Origin: Camelus dromedarius
Taxonomy: Eukaryota
NCBI RefSeq assembly: GCF_036321535.1
Contig: NC_087436.1
Span: 75,394,001-75,458,000 of the forward strand
Length of the DNA stretch: 64,000 nt
Reading direction: 5' to 3'
Positions 1 through 13,559 of this stretch are shown here, one piece after another. Position 1 is the stretch's first letter. Each line of letters begins with the position of its first letter. The translations under genes and the position numbers were made by a program. The notes below the pieces were generated by a model, which worked only from the letters and a program-made list of their open reading frames with translations, was not told the DNA's origin and searched no databases.

Positions 1-333
1 TTACCTAGCAGCTGGGCATAGGGGTTGGCTCTTCTGGAGTGGCCTCTCCCATGGCTGGCTCTTAACTGGGCAACAAGACGAGAATGTCATATACATCTCA
101 TCATCCAGCAGGCTAGTCTGGGCTTATTTTCTCAGCCAAAGGATGTGTCTCAAGACTGTGAACCTTGGGACATATGAGGTCTCTTTAAGCCTGTTAATTC
201 TACCACTTTCTGTTGGCTGAAGCAAAATCTCAAGGCCAGCCCAGATTCAAGAGATGGGGAAACAGACTCCAAAGTCTTATTGAAAAGGAATGGAAACAGA
301 GGGGAGTGAAAAATTACAGCCTGTTTTGCTATA
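1..333 (-). mobile_element. MaLR LTR fragment (MLT1F/G/H-like), cut by window start
   Basis: MLT1 blocks catccagcaggctagtctgggctt and aaggccagcccagattcaagagatggggaaacagactcc. Confidence 0.8.
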
Positions 334-1003
334 ATTAATTGACTTACTGGCCTCTTTAAACTCTAACTTTTTGTTAAACCAATAAGTGATCTAATTTGTT
401 ATTTAAATACCTACCACAGTGCTTAGGTATTAAAAGAAATATAAAAGAAAGAATAGCACTTGACTATATGGAAGGAGCTTTGCAGTTTACAGAATCATTT
501 TCACTTTCCGGAGAAACATAAAATAAAAGATACTCTTGAGGATCTGGCAAGGTGGTTAAGCAATTAAGGCTCATATATTAAAACAGAAAACATTTCAAGA
601 CCATCAATTTTTTTCTTTGGGATGGAGACTTGTGAGAACTACAGGACACGGAAAAGCAGGAGTCAAATGTAGGCTGAAATTGTCTACTAAGCCTTGAAGG
701 GTGAGGTAGCAGTGGTTAGATCCAGACTAATCTGATTTTTTTCCTTTTGATCACCGCTTATATTTATACACACAAAGAGAGCAAAAGGTATTTTAATTAA
801 GCAAGAGAAACAAAGAGTTTATGGTTGAATAATTAATCTCAAAACTTCTTTCCTGCTAGTTTAGAGGAGAAATTATATCTCGACTACAGAATTTTAGTAA
901 ATTAAAACTATTTTCTAAAGAATATTTAATTTTCTCAATAGTCACCAAATAGGTTTTAAGTAGTGGTTCCTTTTAATAAAGGGAGAGGGATTAATTTCAA
1001 CCT

Positions 1004-1418
1004 CTGGCAGAGGTTGCTAGCTATTCACTAAAATCTATTTCCCTTTCCTACATCTCGCAGCCTATCTTGCAGTTAGATGTATCTTTTGATTGAATTCTGT
1101 CTCATGGAATGTGAGTAGAAAAATATGTGCCACTTCCTGGCTTAATCCACAAAACCTCCAACAGGTTTGCTTTTCCGTACCTCCTCTTTTGGAGATTGGG
1201 TTGGCCACACCAGGGTGGCTTTGAAAGCCATAGATTGATGTTGTAAGAGCTGCTGTCAACCTGTATTCCTAAATGATTGCCTAGAGCAGAGCCCCTCTTT
1301 CAAACAAGAATGTCTCCCCTGAATTATTAATGGAACATGACATGAAATTCTGTTGTGCTTAACACAATACATAGTGGATCTCTTGGTTTTATCAGTATAG
1401 TCTACTACACCTAATACA
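1004..1418 (+). mobile_element. MaLR LTR (MLT1I/J-like)
   Basis: cagcctatcttgcagttagatgt...ggaatgtgagtagaa...tgccacttcctgg; ends ...ctaataca like MLT1 3' ends. Confidence 0.75.
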
Positions 1419-1889
1419 ACAAATAATACATTTACTTGTAAAGTCAAGGTAGCTCAAGCATAATTGAAGAGTTTTCTAGGCCATCTTCTCTGTCCACAGA
1501 TACTTGTTTTGGTACAAAGTTGAGATCATCAAACACATATTGACTTTCTGTCATCTACAAAACACTGAGCTCATTGCTGAAAGCAGAACTGATTAAGACT
1601 GTTCCTCTTCAGGGAGCACACAGTCTCATAGGATAAACACATATGTAAAAGGATGATTATTATGCAATGTAATAAACCTATTTGGTGGTACAAGCTAAAT
1701 TAATGTATTATAGAGACCCTACTATTTAGTGACTCAAGCAAGAAGAAAGTTTTTTTTTGTAATAGTTCAGAGTAAGGTGGGCAATCCAGGGTGTGTGGGC
1801 AGCTCTATTCTAGAGAGTTTTAATATCAATACTGATAAGAATGATTACCACTGATCATTATTAATGATGATCAGTTATAATCACAGGTA

Positions 1890-2100
1890 GCATTAGCTGG
1901 CACTTATTGTGCGTGAAGCTCTCTTCCAAGTCCTTAGGTGTAATCACTTAATAGTTACAAAGCCCATTAAGCGTTAGGTACTATTTATTTTCCCATTTTC
2001 CAGATAAGAAGACTTAGGTACAAGTTGCTTAAGTAATTTACCCAAGTTCACATAAGTTCATGTGACTTATGTTCACTGGGCTTTGACCTAGGCAATCTCT
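1890..2100 (-). mobile_element. MIR SINE
   Basis: Reverse MIR core cccattttccagataagaagacttagg...aagtaatttacccaagttcaca. Confidence 0.8.
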
Positions 2101-3614
2101 CCTTAGATAAGCAAGTTGATGCAGAGAGTAGTGATTGTAGTGTGGGCACACCCACTGATCTTGGTGACATTGGACTGATACCTCTAAAATACTTCCTTTT
2201 CGCACTCATAAACTCAGGTTGTAGTGCTGTACCTGATGCTTGTGGTTATGCTGCATTACATGTTTCTTACGTGATTTATGGTCTAGACGAATTAGGATTC
2301 TTTGAGACAATTCTAATTTTTGTGGGTTTCCATTTTCTTATGTCGCCAATTTAAGTTGTAATAGTTCAAAAAAGCTCAATGATGACTATTTCCAAGCTGA
2401 TTTTTTATGGGTCTCCAACCTATTTAGAATGGGTATTACCGACCTTCCTCCACACTCAGTGCTTGGTAATTGGCCTCTGGCTGCGTGAATGTAGAATAAT
2501 ACACTATGTAGCGTTCATCTGGTGAACTTGCATCAGAAGCACTCTGCACAGGTCGTCTCCTTGCCCTCTGCATTTGCCCTGCAGCGCTCACTCAGACAGA
2601 AGACAGTGTCTGAACGTTCCTCTCCCTCAGCCACTCCTTAAAGAATGCTGGGTTTACCAAAAAGAGTGAAAATTGTTTTTACATAGAATTTTTACTTTTT
2701 TCTCCTGTGATGGTTTGGCAAATATAAACCTAATCTGAAACCTCAAGTTCTCTTTTCTTTGGGTAGGCACAGTCACAATGTGCAAAGTGCCCTTTTTATT
2801 ACGGTCCACTACATTTTTTCATGTTATCAGGGTATTGAAGTTTTTGTCTGAGACTTACACCATATTGGTTTTCTAGTGGGGATAATTTTAGTGTTCCTGA
2901 AAATACTGTGACTGCTGCCCTACTTTTTTGTTCGCCTGTGATTATTTTCTCTTGTAAAGATAGGAGTGGGTAGAAGTGGATGCTGAACATCCCATTTGTT
3001 ACATGTTGAATTCCTCTGGTGACTGAGCCAGCTCTTGATAAAGAGGCAAGGCAGGTGCTAAGAGATTCTTGGAGATGCTTTCTCCCGGAGGCCACTGCGT
3101 CTGCTTCGGGCTGAACCTTGCTGGATTTTGTGAGGGTGCTTTGTGTGCAAGATGTCTGGCAAGACAGAATAAAAGAAGGACCCAGGCAGTGTCAGTTTAC
3201 TAACGTTGGCAGCTCTTCAGTGGGAACTTTAGATATAAATTATGATCTAGGCTGGGACTGCTGTGTGTACTACAAGAAGGGTTTTGAAAATCCAACAGGC
3301 CTAACAAGGGACTTGCAAACTGCAGGCTGCCCTTTTATTCCTTGAGTACGATTGACTTAGCCATGCAGGAGTGAATTAAGTAATTTTTTTCTCACTTATC
3401 ACACATTCATCATCTTTGCCCAAACAGAGTTACTGAAGTCGGGAAGTGAATGGGGAGTCGGGAATTACAGTTTCCCCGACGGGGCTGCTTTTCACGAGGC
3501 ATGTTACCTTGGGCAAATTGTTTTACCTCCGTTCTTTCTCCCTACAGCAAAGCTAATTTTGGCTCATGGAATTCATGGGCTAGTGCAGGGAATGGCATTG
3601 TGAGTGTACCATAT

Positions 3615-3815
3615 TGGAGTTTGGATCTCTGCTGCGCTGCTTACCCAGTGTAACTTTGGTCAAAGTGCTTAATCTCTCAACTTCAGATGCCATCTCTCAA
3701 GTGGGGAGAGTCATGTCCACTTCACGGAACTGTTACCAGGATTAAATAAGGCTATGCCCAGACATCACCAAGCAGTGTCTAGCACATAGTAGGTGCATGT
3801 TAAATTCTAGTTATT
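3615..3815 (+). mobile_element. MIR SINE
   Basis: tgtaactttggtcaaagtgcttaatctctc...aggattaaataag...agtgtctagcacatagtagg. Confidence 0.75.
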
Positions 3816-4052
3816 CTATTCATTATTATGATTATTAGCTGTTATCAAGTTCTCAAACTGGATAAGATGCTGGCAAAATAGCAACACAGGTGCTCAGAAA
3901 ATTCTTTTATGAAAAGATCGTGCCAGCTGCTATGTAAAGGAACTATTTTCCAGTGCAACAATAAATTATGCTAATACTGGGAAGTTTTTCTTCAGAGACT
4001 TATTTTCACAAACAAAAGAGTGTAACTTCAGACGTCTTCTGAGGTGAGAGTC

Positions 4053-4245
4053 AGTGTGTCATAGTGAAAAAAGCGCACGGTTCAGGAGTTGCACAGATCT
4101 TGCCTTGAATTCTGGCACTAACATTCACTAGCTGTGACCTTGGAAAAGTTGGTTAACTCCTCTAAGCCTCTGTTTACTTGTTCATAAAATGAAGATGAGA
4201 TGATAATGCTGATCTAAACAAGACTCATTTTGAGGATTAGAGCTA
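4053..4245 (+). mobile_element. MIR SINE
   Basis: ttcactagctgtgaccttggaaaagttggttaactcctctaagcctctgttt...tgaggattaga. Confidence 0.8.
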
Positions 4246-4349
4246 AGAAAGAGAGTTGGTTAAGCCTTACACATACTGTGTGATTAATTAATAGAACACA
4301 ACAAAACATTGCCATGTGCTTCCTTCAGGTACTTTTAATGCCATCTTGA

Positions 4350-4835
4350 GCTTCCAAGATCCCTCAGTTGTGTTGTCTGTTCTTCTGTTCCTAAAGCATC
4401 CCATTCTTTTCCTTCATAGCAGTTAATCCCAATGTGCCTCTCTCTATTTGTGCATTTGTTTATTATCCATCTTTTAGCTCTAAGCTAAGGACTAGATCTG
4501 TATTTGTCTGTTCACCAGTATACAGCTAGCACAGTGCCAGGCATGTAGTTAGTGCTCAATAAATCTTTGGTAGATGCCTGGGTGAAAGGATAGCCAACAA
4601 CCAACAGTGATATTTCTCCTTCATAAGCACATATCATTTGTTTGTCACTTCATTTCATATTGCCTTGTAACATCACTTGTTGTCTTATTAATTAGCCCTT
4701 GTAAAATTGCTAATTATTTTCTTATCCTCCTTGATAGGTTGTAAACCCCTTAGTGCTGGAGCCATAGATTAGATCTGCATCCCTTGCAGACAGTACAGGG
4801 TTTTGCACAATAATTATTTGCTGAATAAATGAACT
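4350..4835 (+). mobile_element. L2 3'-end fragments (two)
   Basis: ctagcacagtgccaggcatgtagttagtgctcaataaat; second end atttgctgaataaatgaa. Confidence 0.7.
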
Positions 4836-5529
4836 AGAAGAGAAGAAAAAACTCATTCTGGAGATGCCACCTGAAATTAAACTTTGGGAAGATGTCTTGC
4901 AGTCAGTTTGCATTCCACCTCTTTCTGTGTTGTTCGTATCTGTTGTATTGTAATGGTGATCACTGATGTCTAGAGAGATGAGAACTAAAGGCACAATGAT
5001 CAACTCTCTGACACTGTCCTAACCCCGCTTGTATGCTCATCTTAGTGACCAATGTCTTCACTGCCCTGGTGGCCCCACTCCATGGCCACACTGTGTCATC
5101 AGTTGAAACTGCTTTGCTTTTGAATTCCTCTCCCAGGTCGCCTTCCTCCCTCTCAGTTGAACTCCTCGTTGTCTTTTTTCTTTGCGTGCAGCATCCCAGC
5201 CCACTCTCTGTCAGTTCTCTTTTTCATTTCTAAACTCTGTCTTTACCTTCCTTTCTACCAGGCTTAGTCACGTTCCAGTTCGAAGTAAGCCAGCTGCCAC
5301 TTTAGGGCTCAGGACTCCTCCTGCCAGCCTTTACTTGCCTACCATCAGCTTGAACTTACTTGGCCCTCCTTCTGCTCTGATTTGGTACCTTGAAAACAAT
5401 GAAATCTAACCTCAGCTAAACGCTCACTACTGGCAAACAATATTTTCTTAATAAAAAAAAAAAATCCCTGGATGACTGCCGTCCCACATCTCCGCTTTCC
5501 TTAGGCTCTCCTGCCTCACCCTCCCAGGG

Positions 5530-5615
5530 AGGTGAAGTGGTTGGCCCCAGGCCACAGAGCCAGTAATTACCAGAACTGGGATTTGAACCCATGCACTCTG
5601 GCTCCAGAGTCACTA
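5530..5615 (-). mobile_element. MIR fragment
   Basis: ctgggatttgaacccatgcactctggctccagagtc is the reverse of the MIR tRNA-like head. Confidence 0.75.
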
Positions 5616-5999
5616 ACTCATTGTTCCCTACCGTCTCTTTATGTGTTCTCTATGCATCCATACAAACCGTGCGAAATATATGGCATGATGCTTAATGATT
5701 TTCCTTTAGGTAAATATAGTATACTATGCTTAGAAATGGGCAACTTGCTCTTTTTCACACAACAAAACATTTTGGAGTTGAAGTTATTCTTAACTCTCCC
5801 ACCTTTATGCCACATTTTTGTCAGATTCCACAGGGCTCCCTCTATAGTTTCTCTACCACCCTATCCACGCGTAGGATCGCCACTGGACTCACACCATTTT
5901 GCCTAGCACATTGTTGTCACTCTCTGACTAGAGGGAAAAAAAAAAAAGCATACAGCTGTGAAACTGTCCCCTCCTGTCTGCTCCTGGTGTCTCTTTCCA

Positions 6000-6540
6000 G
6001 CACATCACCATAGCCTTTTTAGTCTTCTCAAGGTCTAACTTTGATCTTGCTCATTCCCTTCTCACATCCTTTTGTACCTGTTTACTACCAAATTAAGTCC
6101 AGGCTCTTGGCCCTTAAAGACCTCTGTAATGCAGCCCTACCCTATCTTTCTAGTTGTGTCTGTACTTAGCTGCAGAATTCTCTGTGCTTTCCGATGGCCG
6201 TTCCTTTTTCATGTGATTTCCTTAGTCAGGGGTAGCCTCCTTCCATCTTTACCTATTGAAACCTTACTCAGCTCACTCACCTTAAATGTTGGAAGAGCAG
6301 CATTTAAGCTGTGCCCTGACTCAGGGATGCCTCATTTAGGTGCTCTCATGTTCCCTCCCTCCTCCCTGCTCCGCTCTCCTCCGCCTCATCCTCCCCTGGG
6401 GTTTCATGCCTTACTGTTTCCCTTATGGTATCTTCACCAGACTGCACATTCCCTGCCCTTTTGTTTACAGTTCTCATCTCTCAGCTCAGTGCATTGATAG
6501 TAAAAAGTCCTGCATGTGGTTATTTGTTTTAATTGAATGG
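6000..6540 (+). mobile_element. L2 3' region
   Basis: Pyrimidine-rich L2-like sequence (aagtccaggctcttggcccttaaagacctct) ending in an aattgaatgg-type tail. Confidence 0.6.
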
Positions 6541-9359
6541 ATCATACAAGGAAAGTTAAGTTCTATTTGATATCACCATTTGAAAAAATTTCCTGTTTCC
6601 ATTAATTTTATTAGCCTAAAAAACATTAGTCCATTGAGATGCTTTTGTGAAGTTCTTGATTGAAAAGCTCTTTGGGGCCCCTTTATATTTGAAAACTATC
6701 CTTTTCCTCAGAGGATCATAATTTTGGATTGAATTTAGAGGTGACCATATGATAAAAAATAAGGCCTTTGTGGCCTCTGTGTTGGCGGCAGTATTTTATT
6801 CACAACATCCAACCAACAGAAGTGAGTTGTGAAATGTTAATTTAGAAGATGGGTGCAAATATTGGTCCAAACTGAAGAGTGCTAGAAATACTGACTTTCT
6901 ATTCTGTATTGTAGTCAATTTGTGATGTTGAGACTCCATGCTGTCAGAGGGACAGAACGGCTGTACCCTAAGTCCTTCTGATGTGTTCTTTCGTCTTCCT
7001 GGAATTTTGTCACCACCTTCCAGTTCTTCTCAGGTTTTCCAAGGAGTTGGTTTGTCTCTGTCTTGAGTCAAAAACCAGTTGCCAAGAGATATCTCTCACC
7101 CTCTCCTCACTGCTCCTCAAGGCTCCTTGGGTTTAGGAGTCCTCAGCAGCTCCTGCTCTCTCCTTAAATCATGGGCATCTATCCTGGGACTGTCTGTGGC
7201 CCCCTCTGCCTAGGACACCGTGAACACAAAGCCACTCCTCTCTAGAAGAGTCTTGTTCTCTCCAGAGGTGCTGTGGGGAAGTGGAGTCCAGTCTCTATTC
7301 CCAGGACCCCTCCCTTTATAACCTGTCGTCCTTTATAACCACTGGGAAGCTCCCACAATCCCATCCCCATGAGCGATCGTGTCTCGGAACACAGGAAGCA
7401 ACTAGAATTGAAACTGAAAACTAGCACAGCTTTTGCAATTATACGTTTAGTGGGAATGTTTTGACTCTAGTCACATACTTCATTACTACTCATTCTTAAC
7501 CCACACCTTGTAAAGTGCAGAAAGTCGGGACTGGGTTTACTGATTACTGATGAGCACCAACAGATCCTGATGGAGGAAACAATTTGATTTTTCAGGACCA
7601 TTTGCATTTCTTATTGGGAAGCTATGGAAAAGTGCTCCTCCTTTAAAACATTGCTTTGGAGAGTCATCATGGATTAAAAAGACCGGCCGGTTGAAGTAAT
7701 AAAAAACATTTCTATTTGCATTACACTGTTATTGTCAACGTACTTAATAATTGTACTACCGCTGATGATCAGTTACTGTGTACATTCAGCTTCATTGTGC
7801 AGATGGCATAACTGGACGCTACGTGACTATCTCTTGATTACCACGTCCCTAGGTGTCTGCTGTGCCTCCCGTGTTTCAGCTGAACACACAGCTGCATCTG
7901 TGAGATCGGAATAGCTAGTTCTTTTATTTTTAGGACCAGTCTCTGATGCTTAGTCTCTGAATGAGCCTCGTGTGTCCCAGGAGCTCTCTGTGAATTGAAT
8001 CTTGCTGCGTTCACCGCTTCCACTTGGAAATGTGTTGGCTCATGTTCTCCACGACAAGAAATTATGGTCCATTTAGGTCACATAAACTACCTTATTGGTA
8101 ATTTAGGGCCTGGCAAGCATGCCTATGTTAATGCATCTCTTCCATATTTGGTATGTTTATGAGACCTGCTGAACAAAGACGTGAATATCATTTGAATGTA
8201 CAAGAGGATTATGTGTCTGAAGAGAAGATAATGAGGAGACAGCTTGATGGACAGTCACACTTTCTGCGGATGGTGGCAGCAAAAACACAGTCTGTGCACA
8301 CCTTACCCCCACCCCCATAACTCCTTCCACTGCCAGACCCGTTGTTCTCCTGTAACCGGGAGTAGTTGTCTATCTTGGGTGTAACCCATACGGAAGGGAA
8401 GGAAAAGATGGAGGAGGTGTGTCCATTCACCTGTCTCAAAAATGCTGAGCATACCAGTTGTCTAACGATTAAGATAAGCAAGTATTTGGCTGACTAGTAT
8501 TGGTCCTCTTCAGGCATTAAAGTAGCCTGGAATATGATTTGTCTTGGGGATAAAATGACAGGATTATAAATCTTTAACCTCTCTTCAGTCCAGTAAGATG
8601 GAAAGCTGAATTGGGTCAGAAGTCTCGGGCAAGAGAACACAGTCTAAAGCTTGAGCCACTTGCTTGAAGTGGGAATACCCGTGTAGGAACTGTTGGGATG
8701 GATGTTTTCATCCGGAAACAAAATATGAACCCTAAATGTAAATCACTGAATTTTCTCCTAGCTACGTACAAATACTGCATTACACTCATGCCCAGGCTGC
8801 AGTGTTACTGAGACAGAAAGGCATTACTGTATTCGGCAATGTGCTGTGAAGATTTTCATTACTGGATCTCAGCAGGCTTGGTTCTAGGCAGAAAGATGAA
8901 CTTGGTGAAATCAGCCTTTGCCGCTTCCTGCAAATGCAGGCTGACTTCTCTCCACCGGCCCCAACCTGACACTGCCCAGTAGGCTTCTGGCCCCCTGTCC
9001 CATTGCCTGCAGGCTGTTTTTGGTGGAGGGGTGGTCCTCCCTTTTGTCTCTTTTAGAACTAGTACTCTTGGCTTCATTAATTAAACTCCTACTGTGTTGC
9101 CTGCCACTGGGTAAGGGGCTCTACACACCTTCTGCGCCCGGGTGGTGAGCGTGTTCCTTTATGTTGTTCTGCCCTTGGAGTCTGCCTTCCCCTGTTCTGC
9201 CCTCCTGAGTATCACACTATTTCCTCCTCTCTCCTTTGACATCCCTCATATGGACAAATTTATTACTTAGCACATGGCAGGTAGCACATGTCCACAAATG
9301 GAGGCTCTTAGAACCTTCAAGGAGAAACCTAAGCCGATAACATTTGTCTGTGATAATAC

Positions 9360-9540
9360 TTAACATTCACTAAACGCTAACTGTGTGTGATGCTAAACAT
9401 TCTCTCATTTAATCTCTCCATACCCTCTCAAGGTAGGAACAATCATCTCTGTTTTACAGCTGGAGAAACTGAGGATGGAGAGGCTACGCAGTGCCTCCAA
9501 GGCCATTCGCTAGTAAGTGCTAGCACCCGGATTTGAACAG
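9360..9540 (-). mobile_element. MIR SINE
   Basis: ctcatttaatct...aggtagg...tgttttacagctggagaaactgagg...ggatttgaac. Confidence 0.85.
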
Positions 9541-9607
9541 CTAGCTAGCTCTGCTGTCCTAACAAAGAGTTAATGAGAGAAAAAAAGAGCGAGAGAAAGC
9601 AAGTGAG

Positions 9608-9678
9608 CGTGTGTGTGTGAGTGTGTGTGTGTGTGAGTGTGTATGTGTGAAAGAGAGAGACAGACAGACAGACAGAGA
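9608..9678. repeat. Compound microsatellite (GT)n(GA)n(GACA)n
   Basis: Seen directly. Confidence 0.9.
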
Positions 9679-9923
9679 TTTGTTCTCCTCTATATCCTTT
9701 CCCCAAACACATATCCTTTTCCTCCTTTGGTACCTTTCAGCATTGTCATATTGTAGTACTGTCTTTCTTGAGGCCACACCAGTCTTATGTGCCCATCACA
9801 AAAGAATTTTAGGCCTAATAGGGACCAAGAAGAAATGGCAGATTGGATATTGGACATATCAGACTAGGAAGGCAGGTCCTTGTGATACAGGAGAAAGGTG
9901 CGGGCAATGAGACAGGATGGCTC

Positions 9924-10495
9924 TGTCACAGGTCCCAGATGATTCTCTGGGACATGCTCCACCAACTGAGGGTCCTTGGCTTCACACAGGAAAGAGTTCA
10001 AGAGTGAGCCATAGTTGAGTAAAAGTAGATTTATTTAGAGAGATGTACATGGGGTTGGCAGTGGGGAAGGTGTGATGGTGGTGATTAAAGTATAAGTAGA
10101 TACACACTATCCATAGACAGAGTGTGGGCTGTCTTGGAAGTCAAGAGAGAGGAGAGCAACCATGAGGTGCGGTGTTGCTAGTTTTTATATGCTAACAAGT
10201 GAGAGGATTATTCCAACTGCTTTGGGGAAGGGGTGGGGATTCCCAGGAATTAAGCCACCACCCTCTCTTTGACCTTTCGTGGTTAGCTTCCGAACTGTCA
10301 TGGCGCCTGTGGGTGTGTCATTCACTGTACTAGTACATTACACTGTGCATAATGAAGCTCAAGGTCCACTGGAGGTCGAATCTCCCATGTCTTGGGCCTC
10401 CAGGTCTATTGGGATTTGAATTCTCCTCCTTCTTGGTGCTAATTGCTGTGTCATTCCTTTAATGGCTGTGTCCTGCCCCCTTCCCTCCTGTCTCA
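9924..10495 (-). mobile_element. ERV1-class solo LTR
   Basis: TG...CA ends (tgtcaca...tgtctca); minus-strand TATAAAAA (~10182-10189) upstream of AATAAA (~10031-10036); ERV1-like blocks aactgtcatggcgcctgtggg and ggtccttggcttcacacaggaaagagttcaagagtgagcc; no clean TSD. Confidence 0.8.
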
Positions 10496-10810
10496 CTTAT
10501 AGCTTAAACCTTAAGTGATCCAGACTTGAAGCTTGGAGATGGAGGCATTTCTGATATCAGTCAGAAAATAACATCATCCTTCTTTTCATGCCATGTGGCT
10601 TCTTGCTCAAATCTGATGAAATAGAATGAAGAGTATTATCCTCTGAACTTGAACAAAAAAACTAACTTTCATCTGCTGAGGGACTGGAGGAGCCTCTTGA
10701 CTAGTGCAGGGGTGGCAGCTCCTCCCGCTTGCGTGCCTTGGTGAGGAGGGACACGCTTGCTCTGCCATGGGGCCCACCCTTCAGTGAGTTGGTCTTGACT
10801 GGTGTCTGAC

Positions 10811-11250
10811 TGTGTCAGTCAGGGCTTTTGCAGGAAACAGACTGCACTTAAATTAGGTATTCTGAGGAGAGATTAAGGGACTCTTTTTCAAAGATGAGAC
10901 TTGAATGTGGTTTAAGGAAACCCCAAGGATGGTGCAGTGCCCCAGAGCTAGTTAGAGCAGAGAGCCAATATTAATCCTCTGAAAGGGCCAGAGGAGGGAG
11001 CCGTGATTAGAACCAGAGGCAGAGCTGGCTGGTGGAGAGGGTTGCCTTAGAGAAACTGTGTTCTTCAAATGAGTGATGTGGACACATATTGATGCTCAGG
11101 GAAGGAGGCAGGGGAATAAATAACCTCATTCTTCACCCTTCTGATCTTCTGCTGGGCCTCACTTTCAGCCAAATCCTACTGGAAGCCCTCTCTCAGACAG
11201 GCCACCCGCTGTGGCTGAGAGAGGGGGTAAATGGAAGTCACCCGGCACAT
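10811..11250 (-). mobile_element. Ancient LTR (LTR67B/LTR78/LTR79-like)
   Basis: tgtgtcagtcagggcttttgcaggaaacagactgcacttaaattagg...gaggagagattaagggact...aaggaaaccccaaggatggtgcagt; family uncertain. Confidence 0.6.
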
Positions 11251-11579
11251 GGCCTCTCAAGCATGCCGCTTAATTACACCCCTGAGAGATGCTAGCTGAC
11301 TGTCTCTTGGTGGGTGTCATTTTGTGAATCAATAAGATCAAGACTTCAGCCACTCAGATATTAGTGAATTGAAAGTCAAATGTTTCATTGGCCACCCAGG
11401 GAATTTTTATGTTGACTCCAACCATGTTAAGGGTAATAACTATAGTTCAGTTTTACCCTAGTTCAGAAACAAAGTAATTTTTCTTCTGCAGGTATCTTCT
11501 TATTGTGAGATTTCATTACTTATTAATCAATGTTTATGAAAATTGGTAATTTAAGAAAAAGGACTGAAAATTAGGAAGC

Positions 11580-12335
11580 CTGGAATATCATAAAATCTTG
11601 GAGTTAGAGGAGTGTACCCAATTTATGTTCTTCTCAGAGCAGGAGTCTTTCTAAAGTGCCCTCTGTAATCATCACTGGGAGGACTTGAAACTTAGCCCAT
11701 TCCCTTTGCCAACAGATGTAATTGTTAGAAAGAGCTTCCTTATACTGGCCAGAAACCAACTCACAGTTTCCTTTCACCAGTTGTTCCAATGTTTCCCCTC
11801 AGAGCTACATAGCTTAAATTGTATCATCCTTCAAATGTGTGAAGACAGCCATCAGTTCTCCTAATACCTTCTCACTTCCAGGCTACACTTTCCAGTTTCT
11901 GCAACCTGTCCTTATATAATGCTATTTAATTCAACAAACATCTGTTGAACCCCCGGCTACATGCAAGGTCCTTGGTCCAGGATCTAAGAGGGTACACCTA
12001 CTAAGCTTACAATGTAGTGGGGAAGAGGAATTTAAACACTTACCAAATACAAGACAGAATGAAATGTGTTGAGTAGAGGTTGAACTGCCATACTTCTAAG
12101 ACTACATCCAAATTGTGGGTTAAAATGTTAAATAGGACAGGAACCAGGGAAGGGCCTTTCAGTATATCAGTAAGAAGCCTTGTCCAGATTGAGACCAATC
12201 AATTAACTCACATCAGTGGTTACCATCATTCAACCTACTCTTAGTTCTGGTCATCTTATCTACCCATCAAAACATCATGGGGGACCTTTGTCATGCTTTG
12301 CTGAAACCAAGGTTCATTATGTCTGTTCCAACAGT
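11580..12335 (-). mobile_element. L3/CR1 LINE fragments, split by an L2 at ~11925-12080
   Basis: aattgttagaaagagcttccttatactg and ccttcaaatgtgtgaagacagc match the CR1 3' region; the reverse of ~12275-12323 reads DIMNLGFSKA, like the CR1 RT motif YLDFSKAFD. Confidence 0.75.
11925..12080 (-). mobile_element. L2 3' end
   Basis: atttaattcaacaaacatctgttgaac...aagcttacaatgtagtgggg. Confidence 0.7.
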
Positions 12336-13120
12336 TGTCAGTCAGGAGGTTACACACCTCCATAGTGGGAGTAGATTAGAACCTCAAAGGGGAGAGAGGG
12401 AGACAAAGAATGATGTTAATATTTTTAATATTCATCAAAATAAGGGACATGGTTTAAAATAAAAATTGAGAGACTGAAATAAATGTGCCCAAATATGAAA
12501 GACTGTTGAAGCTACCCATGTTGGTACGTGGGTATCTGTGTTATTCTGCATACTTTTCAGCATATTTGAAATACTTTAAAGTTTATAAGAGGAAGAAATA
12601 AACATTGTCAATGGCCCATAGTGCAACCTTAAAAGCTGAGTATGGCCATGGCAGAGCATGAGCCACTAGAAATAAGAGCCAACAGGTGGTTGGGGATACC
12701 GGTTGATGCTTAGTATTCTCTTGCTATACCTGTTTAGTTTTAAAGTGTCCTTTTATTAAAGCAAAAACAATCAACTGTCCATAGGTGGGATCACTTGGGA
12801 GCTTCTGGGTCCTGAATCATGACTTCTGGGCTGTGTGCTTCAGGGGCGGCTCTTATGGGAAGAGCATCTTCCAACTACGCTTGAGATCATGTTTCAAGCA
12901 CCTCTCAACTCTTAGTCCATTATCACTAAAGGCTAAGAAATTCAGCCTCCTCTCCATCCCTCACACCTTCTTCCTTTGGGGTGTCCCCCTGACCTTTCCA
13001 CCCTTCCCCCCATGTAGATGGGTATTGGACTGAACCTGGCTTGTTGCTTCCTGTGTAAAAGTTATCCAGTGTCCTTGATCCTCAGTAAAATGACAATGAT
13101 GACGCCTCCTTTTGAGGATT

Positions 13121-13559
13121 TGTGTTAGTTTCCTAGGGCTACCATAAAAAATTTCCACAAATGGGTGGCTTAAAACAGCAGAAATGTATTCTCTCACAGT
13201 GCTGGAGGCCAGAAATCTGAAATTCAGGTATTGGCAGCGCCAGCCTCCCTCTGAAGGCTCTAGAGGGAACCTTTATTGCCTCTTACAGCCTGTGGTGGCT
13301 CCAGACATTCCTTGGCTTGTGGCAGCATCACTTTAATCTCCGCCTCTGTCTTCCCATGGCTGTCTTCTCTCTGTGTGTCTGTGTGTCCTCACCACTTCTT
13401 ATGAGAATGCCAGTCATTGGATTTAGAGTCTACCCTCATTTTACCTCATTTTAATGTAATAAATTATATCTGCCAAGACCCTGTTTCCTAATGAGGCCCC
13501 ATTCTGAGGTTCCAGGTCCACATGAATTTGGAGGAGGGGACACTATTCAGCCCACTACC
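13121..13559 (-). mobile_element. MaLR solo LTR (MLT1B/C-like) inserted in a MIR
   Basis: tgtgttagtttcctagggct...ggggacactattcagcccactac; 5-bp TSD GGATT at 13116-13120 and 13560-13564; MIR sequence on both sides (~13030-13650). Confidence 0.92.

Noticed and set aside
2379..2400. C/D-box snoRNA (ATGATGA...CTGA)
   Set aside because: Boxes are only 11 nt apart; far too short
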